From the NCBI RefSeq assembly GCF_009914755.1, contig NC_060940.1: a stretch of 64,000 bases of DNA; one strand, written 5' to 3'. The notes under the pieces were generated by a model, which was given only the letters and a program-made list of their open reading frames with translations, ran no database searches and was not told the DNA's origin. The position numbers and the translations under genes are program-made. Of the stretch, positions 28,447 through 44,069 are shown in pieces; position 1 is the stretch's first letter, and each line of letters opens with the position of its first letter. The DNA is from the human T2T-CHM13v2.0 reference genome, Homo sapiens.

Positions 28447-31400
28447 GATTGGATTCGATTCCATTTGATGATTTCATTTGATTCCATTCGTTAATGATTT
28501 CGATCAATTCCATTCGATGATTCCATTCGATTCCATTCAATAATGATTACATCCGAGTCCATTCGATGATTCCCTTTGAGCCTGTTCGATAATTCCATTT
28601 GAGTCCAACCAATGATTCCATTCATTTCCATTCAATGATTCCATTCGAGTCCATTTGATCATTCCGGTAGGGTCCATTCGATGTTGATTCCATTGGAGTG
28701 CATTCGATGATTCCATTCGAGTCCATTTTAGGATTTGATTCGAGTCCTTTCGATGATTCCATTCGATTCCACTCGATGATTTCATTCGAGTCCATTTGAC
28801 ACTTCCAATCGATTCCATTTGATGATTCCATTCGAGTCCAATTGATGATTCCATTCAATTCCATTCGATGATGATTCCGTACAATTCCATTCTGTGATGA
28901 TTCCATGTGATTGCATTCAATGATGATTCCTTTCGATTGCATTCGATTATGATTCATTTCGTGTTCATTCTATGGTTCCACAGGTTTCCATTCGTGTCCA
29001 TTCCATTATTCCATTCTATTCCATTTGATGATGATTCCATTCGATTCCATTCATTGGTGATTCCACTCAATTCCATTCAATGATTCCATTCCATTTCTTT
29101 CAACAATGATTCCATTAGTTTCTAATCGATGATCCACTTGATTCCATTTGACGACGATTCCATTCTTGTCCATTCGATGATTCCATTTGATTCCATATGA
29201 TGATGATTCCATTCGATTCCATACCATGATGATTCCATTCGAGTCCATTCAATGGTGATTCCATTCAATTCCATTCGATGATTCCTTTTGATTCCATTCG
29301 ATGATGATTGCATTCGATTCCTTTCAATCATTCCCTTTGATTCCATTCAAAAGTGATTTCATTCAAGTCCATTCGATAATTGCATTCGATTCCATTCTAT
29401 GATGATTCCATTCGAGTCCATTTGATGATTCCATTCAATTCAAGTCAATGATGATTCCATTCGATTCCATTCGATGATTCCATTGGATTCCATTCGATGA
29501 TGATTCCATTCAAATCCATTCGATAATTCAATTCAAGTCCATTCGATGATGATTCCAATCGAATCCATTCAAAGATTCCATTCAGTTCCTTTCGATGATT
29601 CCCTTAGATTCCATTCGATGATTCCACTTGATTGCATTTACGATGATTCCATTCGATTCCATGTGATGATTCCATTCAATTCTATTCAATGATGTCTCCA
29701 TTTGATTCCATTCGACCATGATTGCCTTTGATTCCATTCAATGATTCCATTCGGTTCCGTTTGATGATGATTCCGTTCGATTCCATTTGATGATTCCATT
29801 TGATTCCATTGGATGAGTCCATTCGATTACATTCGATGATTATTCCATTCGAGTGCATTAGATGATTCCATTCGAGTCCATTCGATGATTCCATTCGATT
29901 CCATTCGATGTTGATTCTGTTCAAATCCATTCGATGATTCCACTCGATTCCATTCGTTGACTCCATTTGATCCCATTCGATGATTTCCTTTGATTCCCTT
30001 TGATGATCATTCCATTTGATTCAATTCGGTGATTTCATTTGATTCCATTCAGTGATGTTTCCATTCGACTCCATTCGATGATGATTCCATTCGACTCCAT
30101 TCGATTATGATTTCATTCAATTCCATTCGATAATGATTCCCTTCGAGTCCATTCGATGATTCCATTCGATTCCATTCAACGATGATTTGATTCGTGTCCA
30201 TTCGATGATTCCATTTGATTCCACTTGATGATGATTCCATTCGAGTCCATTTGATGATTCCATTCAATTCCATACTCCGATGATTTCTTTTGAGCCCACT
30301 CAATGCTTCCACTCGATTCCATATGATGATGACTCCATTCGATGAAATTCGATGATGATTCCATTCGCTTGCTTTCGATGATGATTCCACTTGAGTCCGT
30401 TAGAAGATTCTATTCAATTACATTCCATGACGATTCCGTTCGAGTCCATTTGATGATTCCATTAGACTCCATTCGACGATGATTCCATTCGATGTTATTC
30501 CATGATTCCATTCGATCTCATTCGATGATGATTCCATTCAACTCCATTCGATGTTTCCATTCGAGTTCATTCTATTATTCCATTAGATTCCATTCGATGA
30601 TGATTCCATTCGATTCCATTTGATGATTGCATTCTATTTCATTTGATGATGATTCCATTCGAGTCCACTCGATGATTCCATTCGAGTCCATTTAATGAAT
30701 CCATTGGTTTCAATTCTATGATGATTACATTGGATTCCATTCGTTGATGATTTCATTCGGTTCCATTCAAGGATGATTCCATTCAATTCCTTTCAATGTT
30801 TCCATTCAATTCCATACGATGATGATTCCATTTGATTTGATTCGACAGTGAGCCATTCGATTCAATTCCATGATGATTCTATTTGATTCAATTGGTTGAC
30901 ATTTCCATTCGATTCCATTCGATGATGATTCCCTTTGATTCCGTTCAAAGATGATTCCATTCTAGCCCATTCAATCATTCCATTCGATTCTATTCAATGA
31001 TGATTCCATTCATGTCGATTTGGTGATTCCATTTGACTTCATTTGATGATGATTCCTTTCAAGTTCATTAGATGATTCCATTCGATTCCATTTGATGATG
31101 ATCCCATTCGAGTCCATTCAGTGATTCCATTCGTTTCCATTCCATGATGATTCCATTCCTTTCCATTCAATGATTCCATTCGATTCCGTTTGATGATGAT
31201 TTCATTCGAGTCCATTTGATGATTCCATTTGATTCCATTCGATGATGATTCCATTCGAGTCCATTCGATGATTCTATTCGAATCCATTTGATGATTTCTT
31301 TTGATTATATTTGGTGATGATTCCATTGGAGTCCATTCAATGATTCCATTCTATTCCAATCGATGATGATTCCATTAGAGTCCATTTAATGATTCCATTT

Positions 31401-31885
31401 GATTCCAGTCTCTGATGATTACATTCGAGTCCATACGATGATTCCACTCAATTCCATATGATGATGATTCCATTTGATTCCATTCGGTGATTCCATTCTA
31501 TTCTATTCAATGGTGATTCCATTCGAGTACATTAGATGATTCCATTCGATTCCATTCAATGATGATTCTATTTGTGTCCCTTAGATGATTCCACATGATT
31601 CCATTAGATGATGATACTATTTGAGCCCATCCAATGATTCCCTTCGATTCCATTCGATGAGGATTCCATTCGATTCAATTCATTGGTGATTCTATTCAAT
31701 TCAATTCTTTGATTCCATTCCATTCCATTCGACAATGATTCCATTCGATTTCTTTCGATGATTCCACTCGATTCCACTTGACATTGATTCCATTCGATTC
31801 CATTCAATGATTCCATTTGATTCCAGTGGATGATGATTGCCATCGATTCCATTCGATCACTCCATTCTATTCCATTTGATGATGA
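25777..31885 (+). repeat. Full-length higher-order unit, 6109 bp (3-bp GAT deletion near 28775)
   Basis: Landmark spacings 25777 to 31886 and 28124 to 34233 are 6109. ACTCGATGATTTCATTC near 28771 replaces ACTCGATGATGATTTCATTC. Confidence 0.88.
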
Positions 31886-34800
31886 TTACATTCGATTCCA
31901 TTTGATGATTCCATCTGATTCTATTCGAGGATTCCATTTGATTCCATTCGATGATGATTCCATTCGAGTCCATTCGATGATTTCATTCCAGTACATCCAA
32001 TGATTCCATTCGAGTCCATTAGATGATTCCATTTGATTCCATTTGAAAATGATTCTACTAGAGTCCATTCAATGACTCCATTCGAGTCCATTCAACAATT
32101 CCATTCGACTCCATTCGATGATTCCATTCGATTCCATTTGATGGTTCCATTCGAGTCCATTTAATCATTACAGTCGAGTCCATTTGGTGATTCCACTGGA
32201 TTTCTTTTGATAATGATACCATTCAATTACATTTGATGATGATCCCATTCAATTTCATTGGATGATGATTCCATTAGAGTCCATTCGATGATTTCATTCG
32301 AGTCCCTTCATTGATTCCATCCGATTTCATTGGATGATGACTCCATTCGAGTCCATTCGATGATTCCAATCGATTCCATTAGATGACTCCATTGGAGTCC
32401 ATTTGATTGTTCCATTCGATTCCATTCGATTCCTTTCGAAGATTATTCCATTTGAGTCCATTCGATGATGATTCCATTCCATTCCATTCGATGATTCCGT
32501 TTGATTCCATTCGATGATTCCCTTCGATTCCTTTCTTTGATGATTCCATTCCATTCCATTCAATGATTCCATTCGAATCTATTCCATGATGATTCCTTTC
32601 GATTCCATTCGCTGATGTTTCCGTTCAATTCCATTCGATGATGATTCCATTCGATTCCATTCATTGAGGATTCCATTTGATTCCATTCAATGATGATTCC
32701 ATTCTATTCCATTCAATGATTGCATTCAATTCCATTCAATGATTATCCCCTTAGAGTAAACTCAACGATTCCATTCAATACCATTCGATGATGATTCCTT
32801 TTGAGTCCATTCAATGATTTCATTCAAGTCCATTTGATGATTCCTTTCAATTCCATTCTATGATGATTCCATTCGAGTCCATTCGATGATTCCATTCGAT
32901 TGCATTCGATGATTCCATTATATTCCATTCAACGGTGATTCCATTCGAGTCCATTCCATGATTCCATTAGAGTACATTTAATGATTGCTTTGTTTTCAAT
33001 TCGAAGATGATTACATTGGATTCCATTCTATGATACCATTCGATTCCATTCAATGATGATTCCACTCAAATCCATTGGATGATTCCATTCGTGTCCATTC
33101 GGTGATTTCATTAGATTCCATTCGAGGATGATTCCATTCGATTCCATTCGATGATTCCATTCAATTCCATTCGATGATGATTCCATTCCAGTCCATATGA
33201 TCATTCCATTTGATTTCATTCGATGATGATTCCATTCGATTCCATTCGACGATTCCATTCTATTCCATTCGATGATGATTCCATTCGAGTCCATTCGATG
33301 ATTCCATTCGAGTCCATTTAATGATTCCATTGGGTTCAATTCAATGATGATTACATTGGATTCCGTTCTATGATTCCATTCAATTCCGTTCATTGACAAT
33401 TTGATTCCATTCGATGATGATTCCATTTGAGTTCATTCTATGATTCTATTCGATTCTCTTCGATGGTGATTCAATTCTATTATATTGGATGATTCCATTC
33501 GATTCCATTTGATGTTGATTCAATTCGATTCTATTCGATGATGATTCCATTGGATTTCACTTGATGATTCTATTCGATTCCATTCAATGATGATTCACTT
33601 CTCGTCCATTGGATGATTCCATTTCATTCCATTCGATGATGATTCCATTCGATTCCATTCGATGATTCCATTTGATTCCATGCGACGGTGAGCAATTCGA
33701 TTCAATTCCATGATGATTCTATTTGATTCAATTAGATGATGTTTCCATTCGAATCCATTCCATGATTATTCCATTGGAATCCATTCGGCGATGATTCCAT
33801 ATGAGTCAATTCAATGATGATTCCATATGGGTCCGTTCGATGATAATTCCATTTGATTTCATTCGATGCTTCTATTCTATTCCAGTCGATGATGATTCCG
33901 TTGGAGTCCATACGATGATTCCATTTGATTTCATTTGATGATGATTCCATTCGATGATGATTACATTGGATTCCATTCTATGATTCCATTCAATTCCATT
34001 CGTTGATGATTCGATTCCATTCAATGATGATTCCATTTGAGTTCATTCGATGATTCTATTCGATTCCGTTCGATGGTGATTCAATTCTATTATATTGGAT
34101 GATTCCACTCGATTCCATTTGATGATTATTCCATTGGAGTCCACTTAGTGAATCCTTTAGATTCTACTCGACGATGATTCCATTCGAGTCCATTCGATGA
34201 TACCATTCAATTCCATTCGTTGATGCTTCCATTCAAGTGCATTCGATGATATCATTCGATTCCATTTGATGATAATTCCATTTGATTCCATGCGGTGATT
34301 CTATTCGATTCCATTCAATGATAATTCCATTCAATTCAGTGATTCCTCTGGACTCCATTTGATGATGATTCCATTCAATGATTCCATTCGATTCTATTCG
34401 AAAATGATTCCATTTGAATCCATTTGATGATGATTCCATTAGATTCCATTTGATGATTCCATTCGATTCCATTCGACGATGATTCCATTCGATTCCGTTT
34501 GATGATTCCATTCTATTCTATTCGATGATGATTCCATTCGATTCCATTCGATGATGATTGGATTCGATTCCATTTGATGATTTCATTTGATTCCATTCGT
34601 TAATGATTTCGATCAATTCCATTCGATGATTCCATTCGATTCCATTCGATAATGATTACATCCGAGTCCATTCGATGATTCCCTTTGAGCCTGTTCGATA
34701 ATTCCATTTGAGTCCAACCAATGATTCCATTCATTTCCATTCAATGATTCCATTCGAGTCCATTTGATCATTCCGGTAGGGTCCATTCGATGTTGATTCC

Positions 34801-37800
34801 ATTGGAGTGCATTCGATGATTCCATTCGAGTCCATTTTAGGATTTGATTCGAGTCCTTTCGATGATTCCATTCGATTCCACTCGATGATGATTTCATTCG
34901 AGTCCATTCGACACTTCCAATCGATTCCATTTGATGATTCCATTCGAGTCCAATTGATGATTCCATTCAATTCCATTCGATGATGATTCCGTACAATTCC
35001 ATTCTGTGATGATTCCATGTGATTGCATTCAATGATGATTCCTTTCGATTGCATTCGATTATGATTCATTTCGTGTTCATTCTATGGTTCCACAGGTTTC
35101 CATTCGTGTCCATTCCATTATTCCATTCTATTCCATTTGATGATGATTCCATTCGATTCCATTCATTGGTGATTCCACTCAATTCCATTCAATGATTCCA
35201 TTCCATTTCTTTCAACAATGATTCCATTAGTTTCTAATCGATGATCCACTTGATTCCATTTGACGACGATTCCATTCTTGTCCATTCGATGATTCCATTT
35301 GATTCCATATGATGATGATTCCATTCGATTCCATACCATGATGATTCCATTCGAGTCCATTCAATGGTGATTCCATTCAATTCCATTCGATGATTCCTTT
35401 CGATTCCATTCGATGATGATGGCATTCGATTCCTTTCAATCATTCCCTTTGATTCCATTCCGAGGTGATTTCATTCAAGTCCATTCGATAATTGCATTCG
35501 ATTCCATTCTATGATGATTCCATTCGAGTCCATTTGATGATTCCATTCAATTCAAGTCAATGATGATTCCATTCGATTCCATTCGATGATTCCATTGGAT
35601 TCCATTCGATGATGATTCCATTCAAATCCATTCGATAATTCAATTCAAGTCCATTCGATGATGATTCCAATCGAATCCATTCAAAGATTCCATTCAGTTC
35701 CATTCGATGATTCCCTTAGATTCCATTCGATGATTCCACTTGATTGCATTTACGATGATTCCATTCGATTCCATGTGATGATTCCATTCAATTCTATTCA
35801 ATGATGTCTCCATTTGATTCCATTCGACCATGATTGCCTTTGATTCCATTCAATGATTCCATTCGGTTCCGTTTGATGATGATTCCGTTCGATTCCATTT
35901 GATGATTCCATTTGATTCCATTGGATGAGTCCATTCGATTACATTCGATGATTATTCCATTCGAGTGCATTAGATGATTCCATTCGAGTCCATTCGATGA
36001 TTCCATTCGATTCCATTCGATGTTGATTCTGTTCAAATCCATTCGATGATTCCACTCGATTCCATTCGTTGACTCCATTTGATCCCATTCGATGATTTCC
36101 TTTGATTCCCTTTGATGATCATTCCATTTGATTCAATTCGGTGATTTCATTTGATTCCATTCAGTGATGTTTCCATTCGACTCCATTCGATGATGATTCC
36201 ATTCGACTCCATTCGATTATGATTTCATTCAATTCCATTCGATAATGATTCCCTTCGAGTCCATTCGATGATTCCATTCGATTCCATTCAACGATGATTT
36301 GATTCGTGTCCATTCGATGATTCCATTTGATTCCACTTGATGATGATTCCATTCGAGTCCATTTGATGATTCCATTCAATTCCATACTCCGATGATTTCT
36401 TTTGAGCCCACTCAATGCTTCCACTCGATTCCATATGATGATGACTCCATTCGATGAAATTCGATGATGATTCCATTCGCTTGCTTTCGATGATGATTCC
36501 ACTTGAGTCCGTTAGAAGATTCTATTCAACTACATTCCAGGACGATTCCGTTCGAGTCCATTTGATGATTCCATTAGACTCCATTCGACGATGATTCCAT
36601 TCGATGTTATTCGATGATTCCATTCGATCTCATTCGATGATGATTCCATTCAACTCCATTCGATGTTTCCATTCGAGTTCATTCTATTATTCCATTAGAT
36701 TCCATTCGATGATGATTCCATTCGATTCCATTTGATGATTGCATTCTATTTCATTTGATGATGATTCCATTCGAGTCCACTCGATGATTCCATTCGAGTC
36801 CATTTAATGAATCCATTGGTTTCAATTCTATGATGATTACATTGGATTCCATTCGTTGATGATTTCATTCGGTTCCATTCAATGATGATTCCATTCAATT
36901 CCTTTCAATGTTTCCATTCAATTCCATACGATGATGATTCCATTTGATTTGATTCGACAGTGAGCCATTCGATTCAATTCCATGATGATTCTATTTGATT
37001 CAATTGGTTGACATTTCCATTCGATTCCATTCGATGATGATTCCCTTTGATTCCGTTCAAAGATGATTCCATTCTAGCCCATTCAATCATTCCATTCGAT
37101 TCTATTCAATGATGATTCCATTCATGTCGATTTGGTGATTCCATTTGACTTCATTTGATGATGATTCCTTTCAAGTTCATTAGATGATTCCATTCGATTC
37201 CATTTGATGATGATCCCATTCGAGTCCATTCAGTGATTCCATTCGTTTCCATTCCATGATGATTCCATTCCTTTCCATTCAATGATTCCATTCGATTCCG
37301 TTTGATGATGATTTCATTCGAGTCCATTTGATGATTCCATTTGATTCCATTCGATGATGATTCCATTCGAGTCCATTCGATGATTCTATTCGAATCCATT
37401 TGATGATTTCTTTTGATTATATTTGGTGATGATTCCATTGGAGTCCATTCAATGATTCCATTCTATTCCAATCGATGATGATTCCATTAGAGTCCATTTA
37501 ATGATTCCATTTGATTCCAGTCTCTGATGATTACATTCGAGTCCATACGATGATTCCACTCAATTCCATATGATGATGATTCCATTTGATTCCATTCGGT
37601 GATTCCATTCTATTCTATTCAATGGTGATTCCATTCGAGTACATTAGATGATTCCATTCGATTCCATTCAATGATGATTCTATTTGTGTCCCTTAGATGA
37701 TTCCACATGATTCCATTAGATGATGATACTATTTGAGCCCATCCAATGATTCCCTTCGATTCCATTCGATGAGGATTCCATTCGATTCAATTCATTGGTG

Positions 37801-37997
37801 ATTCTATTCAATTCAATTCTTTGATTCCATTCCATTCCATTCGACAATGATTCCATTCGATTTCTTTCGATGATTCCACTCGATTCCACTTGACATTGAT
37901 TCCATTCGATTCCATTCAATGATTCCATTTGATTCCAGTGGATGATGATTGCCATCGATTCCATTCGATCACTCCATTCTATTCCATTTGATGATGA
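31886..37997 (+). repeat. Canonical full-length higher-order repeat unit, 6112 bp
   Basis: Equivalent pseudo-ORF landmarks recur at +6112: 31886/37998, 29051/35163, 29682/35794, 30049/36161, 31039/37151, 31604/37716. Confidence 0.93.
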
Positions 37998-40900
37998 TTA
38001 CATTCGATTCCATTTGATGATTCCATCTGATTCTATTCGAGGATTCCATTTGATTCCATTCGATGATGATTCCATTCGAGTCCATTCGATGATTTCATTC
38101 GAGTACATCCAATGATTCCATTCGAGTCCATTAGATGATTCCATTTGATTCCATTTGAAAATGATTCTACTAGAGTCCATTCAATGACTCCATTCGAGTC
38201 CATTCAACAATTCCATTCGACTCCATTCGATGATTCCATTCGATTCCATTTGATGGTTCCATTCGAGTCCATTTGGTGATTCCACCGGATTTCTTTTGAT
38301 AATGATATCATTCAATTACATTTGATGATGATCCCATTCAATTTCATTTGATGATGACTCCATTAGACTCCATTCGATGATTTCATTCGAGTCCCTTCAT
38401 TGATTCCATCCGATTTCATTGGATGATGACTCCATTCGAGTCCATTCGATGATTCCACTCGATTCCATTAGATGATTCCATTGGAGTCCATTTGATTGTT
38501 CCATTCGATTCCATTCGATTCCTTTCGAAGATTATTCCATTTGAGTCCATTCGATGATGATTCCATTCCATTCCATTCGATGATTCCGTTTGATTCCATT
38601 CGATGATTCCCTTTGATTCCTTTCTTAGATGATTCCATTCCATTCCATTCAATGATTCCATTCGAATCTATTCCGTGATGATTCCTTTCGATTCCATTCG
38701 CTGATGTTTCCGTTCAATTCCATTCGGTGATGATTCCATTCGATTCCATTCATTGAGGATTCCATTTGATTCCATTCAATGATGATTCCGTTCTATTCCA
38801 TTCAATGATTGCATTCAATTCCATTCAATGATTATCCCCTTAGAGTAAACTCAACGATTCCATTCAATACCATTCGATGATGATTCGTTTTGAGTCCATT
38901 CAATGATTTCATTCAAGTCCATTTGATGATTCCTTTCAATTCCATTCTATGATGATTCCATTCGAGTCCATTCGATGATTCCATTCGATTGCATTCGATG
39001 ATTCCATTATATTCCAGTCAACGATGATTCCATTCGAGTCCATTCGATGATTCCATTAGAGTACATTTAATGATTGCTTTGTTTTCAATTCGAAGATGAT
39101 TACATTGGATTCCATTCTTTGATACCATTCGATTCCATTCAATGATGATTCCACTCAAATCTATTGGATGATTCCATTCGTTTCCGTTCGGTGATTTCAT
39201 TAGATTCCATTCGAGGATGATTCCATTCGATTCCATTCGATGATTCCATTCAATTCCATTCGATGATGATTCCATTCCAGTCCATATGATCATTCCATTT
39301 GATTTCATTCGATGATGATTCCATTCGATTCCATTCGACGATTCCATTCTATTCCATTCGATGATGATTCCATTCGAGTCCATTCGATGATTCCATTCGA
39401 GTCCATTTAATGATTCCATTGGGTTCAATTCAATGATGATTACATTGGATTCCGTTCTATGATTCCATTCAATTCCGTTCATTGACAATTTGATTCCATT
39501 CGATGATGATTCCATTTGAGTTCATTCGATGATTCTATTCGATTCTCTTCGATGGTGATTCAATTCTATTATATTGGATGATTCCATTCGATTCCATTTC
39601 ATGTTGATTCAATTCGATTCTATTCGATGATGATTCCATTGGATTTCACTTGATGATTCTATTCGATTCCATTCAATGATGATTCACTTCTCGTCCATTG
39701 GATGATTCCATTTCATTCCATTCGATGATGATTCCATTCGATTCCATTCGATGATTCCATTTCATTCCATGCGACGGTGAGCAATTCGATTCAATTCAAT
39801 GATGATTCTATCTGATTCAATTAGATGATGTTTCCATTCGAATCCATTCCATGATTATTCCATTGGAATCCATTCGGCGATGATTCCATATGAGTCAATT
39901 CAATGATGATTCCATATGGGTCCGTTCGATGACAATTCCATTTGATTTCATTCGGTGCTTCTATTCAATTCCAGTCGATGATGATTCCGTTGGAGTCCAT
40001 ACGATGATTCCATTTGATTTCATTTGATGATGATTCCATTCGATGATGATTACATTGGATTCCATTCTATGATTCCATTCAATTCCATTCGTTGATGATT
40101 CGATTCCATTCAATGATGATTCCATTTGAGTTCATTCGATGATTCTATTCGATTCCGTTCGATGGTGATTCAATTCTCTTATATTGGATGAATCCACTCG
40201 ATTCCATTTGATGATTATTCCATTGGAGTCCACTTAGTGAATCCTTCAGATTCTACTCGAAGATGATTCCATTCAAGTCCATTCGATGATACCATTCAAT
40301 TCCATTCGTTGATGCTTCCATTCAAGTGCATTCGATCATATCATTCGATTCCATTTGATGATAATTCCATTTGATTCCATGCGATGATTCTATTCGATTC
40401 CATTCAATGATAATTCCATTCAGTTCAGTGATTCCTCTGGACTCCATTTGATGATGATTCCATTCAATGATTCCATTCGATTCTATTTGAAAATGATTCC
40501 ATTTGAATCCATTTGATGATGATTCCATTAGATTCCATTTGATGATTCCATTCGATTCCATGCGACGATGATTCCATTCGATTCCATTTGATGATTCCAT
40601 TCTATTCTATTCGATGATGATTCCATTTGATTCCATTCGATGATGATTGGATTCGATTCCATTTGATGATTTCATTTGATTCCATTCGTTAATGATTTTG
40701 ATCAATTCCATTCGATGATTCCATTCGATTCCATTCGATAATGATTACATCCGTGTGCATTCAATGATTCCATTTGAGCCTGTTCGATAATTCCATTTGA
40801 GTCCAACCAATGATTCCATTCATTTCCATTCAACGTTTCCATTCGAGTCCATTTGATCATTCCGGTAGGGTCCATTCGATGTTGATTCCATTGGAGTGCA

Positions 40901-43900
40901 TTCGATGATTCCATTCGAGTCCATTTTATGATTTGATTCGAGTCCTTTCGATGATTCCATTCGATTCCACTCGATGATGATTTCATTCGAGTCCATTCGA
41001 CACTTCCAATCGATTCCATTTGATGTTTCCATTCGAGTCCAATCGATGATTCCATTCAATTCCATTCGATGATGATTCCGTATGATTCCATTCTGTGATG
41101 ATTCCATGTGATTGCATTCAATGATGATTCCTTTAGATTGCATTCGATTGTGATTCATTTCGTCTTCATTCTATGGTTCCACAGGTTTCCATTCGTGTCC
41201 ATTCCATTATTCCATTCTATTCCATTTGATGATGATTCCATTCGATTCCATTCATTGGTGATTCCACTCAATTCCATTCCATTTCTTTCAACAATGATTC
41301 CATTAGTTTCTATTCGATGATCCACTTGATTGCATTTGACGACGATTCCATTCGTGTCCATTCGATGATTCCATTTGATTCCATATGATGATGATTCCAT
41401 TCGATTCCATACGATGATGATTCCATTCGAGTCCATTCAATGGTGATTCCATTCAATTCCATTCGATGATTCCTTTCGATTCCATTCGATGATGATGGCA
41501 TTCGATTCCTTTCAATCATTCCCTTTGATTGCATTCAAAGGTGATTTCATTCAAGTCCATTCGATAATTGCATTCGATTCCATTCTATGATGATTCCATT
41601 CGAGTCCATTTGATGATTCCATTCAATTCAAGTCAATGATGATTCCATTCGATTCCATTCGATGATTCCATTGGATTCCATTCGATGATGATTCCATTCA
41701 AATCCATTCGATAATTCAATTCAAGTCCATTCGATGATGATTAAAATCGAATCCATTCAAAGATTCCATTCAGTTCCATTCGATGATTCCCTTAGATTCC
41801 ATTCGATGATTCCACTTGATTTCATTTACGATGATTCCATTCGATTCCATGTGATGATTCCATTCAATTCTATTCAATGCTGTTTCCATTTGATTCCATT
41901 CGACCATGATTGCCTTTGATTCCATTCAATGACTCCATTCGGTTCCTTTTGATGATGATTCCGTTCGATTCCATTTCATTATTCCATTTGATTCCATTGG
42001 ATGAGTCCATTCGATTACATTCGATGATTATTCCATTCGAGTGCATTAGATGATTCCATTCGAGTCCATTCGATGATTCCATTCGATTCCATTCGATGTT
42101 GATTCTGTTCAAATCCATTCGATGATTCCACTCGATTCCATTCGATGACTCCAGTTGATCCCATTCGATGATTTCCTTTGATTCCCTTTGATGATCATTC
42201 CATTTGATTCAATTCGGTGATTTCATTTGATTCCATTCAGTGATGTTTCCATTCGACTCCATTCGATGATGATTCCATTCGACTCCATTGGATTATGATT
42301 TCATTCAATTCCATTCGATAATGATTCCCTTCGAGTCCATTCGATGATTCCATTCGATTCCATTCAACGATGATTTGATTCGTGTCCATTCGATGATTCC
42401 ATTTGATTCCACTTGATGATGATTCCATTCGAGTCCATTTGATGATTCCATTCAATTCCATTCTCCGATGATTTCTTTTGAGCCCATTCAATGCTTCCAC
42501 TCGATTCCATATGATGATGACTCCATTCGATGAAATTCGATGACGATTCCATTCGCTTGCATTCGATGATGATTCCACTTGAGTCCATTAGAAGATTCTA
42601 TTCAATTACATTCCATGACGATTCCGTTCGAGTCCATTTGATGATTCCATTAGACTCCATTCGACGATGATTCCATTCGATGTTATTCGATGATTCCATT
42701 CGATCTCATTCGATGATGATTCCATTCAACTCCATTCGATGTTTCCATTCGAGTTCATTCTATTATTCCATTAGATTCCATTCGATGATGATTCCATTCG
42801 ATTCCATTTGATGATTGCATTCTATTTCATTTGATGATGATTCCATTCGAGTCCACTCGATGATTCCATTCGAGTCCATTTAATGAATCCATTGGTTTCA
42901 ATTCTATGATGATTACATTGGATTCCATTCGTTGATGATTTCATTCGGGTCCATTCAATGATGATTCAATTCAATTCCTTTCAATGTTTCCATTCAATTC
43001 CATACGATGATGATTCCATTTGATTTGATTCGACAGTGAGCCATTCGATTCAATTCCATGATGATTCTATTTGATTCCATTGGTTGACATTTCCATTCGA
43101 TTCCATTCGATGATGATTCCCTTTGATTCCATTCAAAGATGATTCCATTCTAGCCCATTCAATCATTCCATTCGATTCTATTCAATGATGATTCTATTCA
43201 TGTCGATTTGGTGATTCCATTTGACTTCATTTGATGATGATTCCTTTCAAGTTCATTAGATGATTCCATTCGATTCCATTTGATGATGATCCCATTCGAG
43301 TCCATTCAGTGATTCCACTCGTTTCCATTCCATGATGATTCCATTCCATTCCATTCAATGATTCCATTCGATTCCGTTTGATGATGATTTCATTCGAGTC
43401 CATTTGATGATTCCATTTGATTCCATTCGATGATGATTCCATTCGAGTCCATTCGATGATTCTATTCGAATCCATTTGATGATTTCTTTTGATTATAGTT
43501 GGTGATGATTCCATTGGAGTCCATTCAATGATTCCATTTGATTCCAATCGATGGTGATTCCATTAGAGTCCATTTAATGATTCCATTTGATTCCAGTCTC
43601 TGATGATTACATTCGAGTCCATACGATGATTCCACTCAATTCCATATGATGATGATTCCATTCGATTCCATTCGATGATTCCATTCTATTCTATTCAATG
43701 GTGATTCCATTCGAGTACATTAGATGATTCCATTCGATTCCAATGATGATTCTATTTGTGTCCCTTAGATTATTCCACATGATTCCATTAGATGATGATA
43801 CTATTTGAGCCCATCCAATGATTCCCTTCGATTCCATTCGATGAGGATTCCATTCGATTCAATTCATTGGTGATTCTATTCAATTCAATTCTTTGATTCC

Positions 43901-44069
43901 ATTCCATTCCATTCGACAATGATTCCATTCGATTTCTTTCGATGATTCCACTCGATTCCACTTGACATTGATTCCCTTCGATTCCATTCAATGATTCCAT
44001 TTGATTCCAGTGGATGATGATTGCCATCGATTCCATTCGATCACTCCATTCTATTCCATTTGATGATGA
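37998..44069 (+). repeat. Higher-order unit, 6072 bp (23-, 13- and 4-bp deletions)
   Basis: Landmark spacing 37998 to 44070. Deletions visible near 38270 (23 bp), 41275 (13 bp) and 43740 (4 bp) sum to 40 = 6112-6072. Confidence 0.85.
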
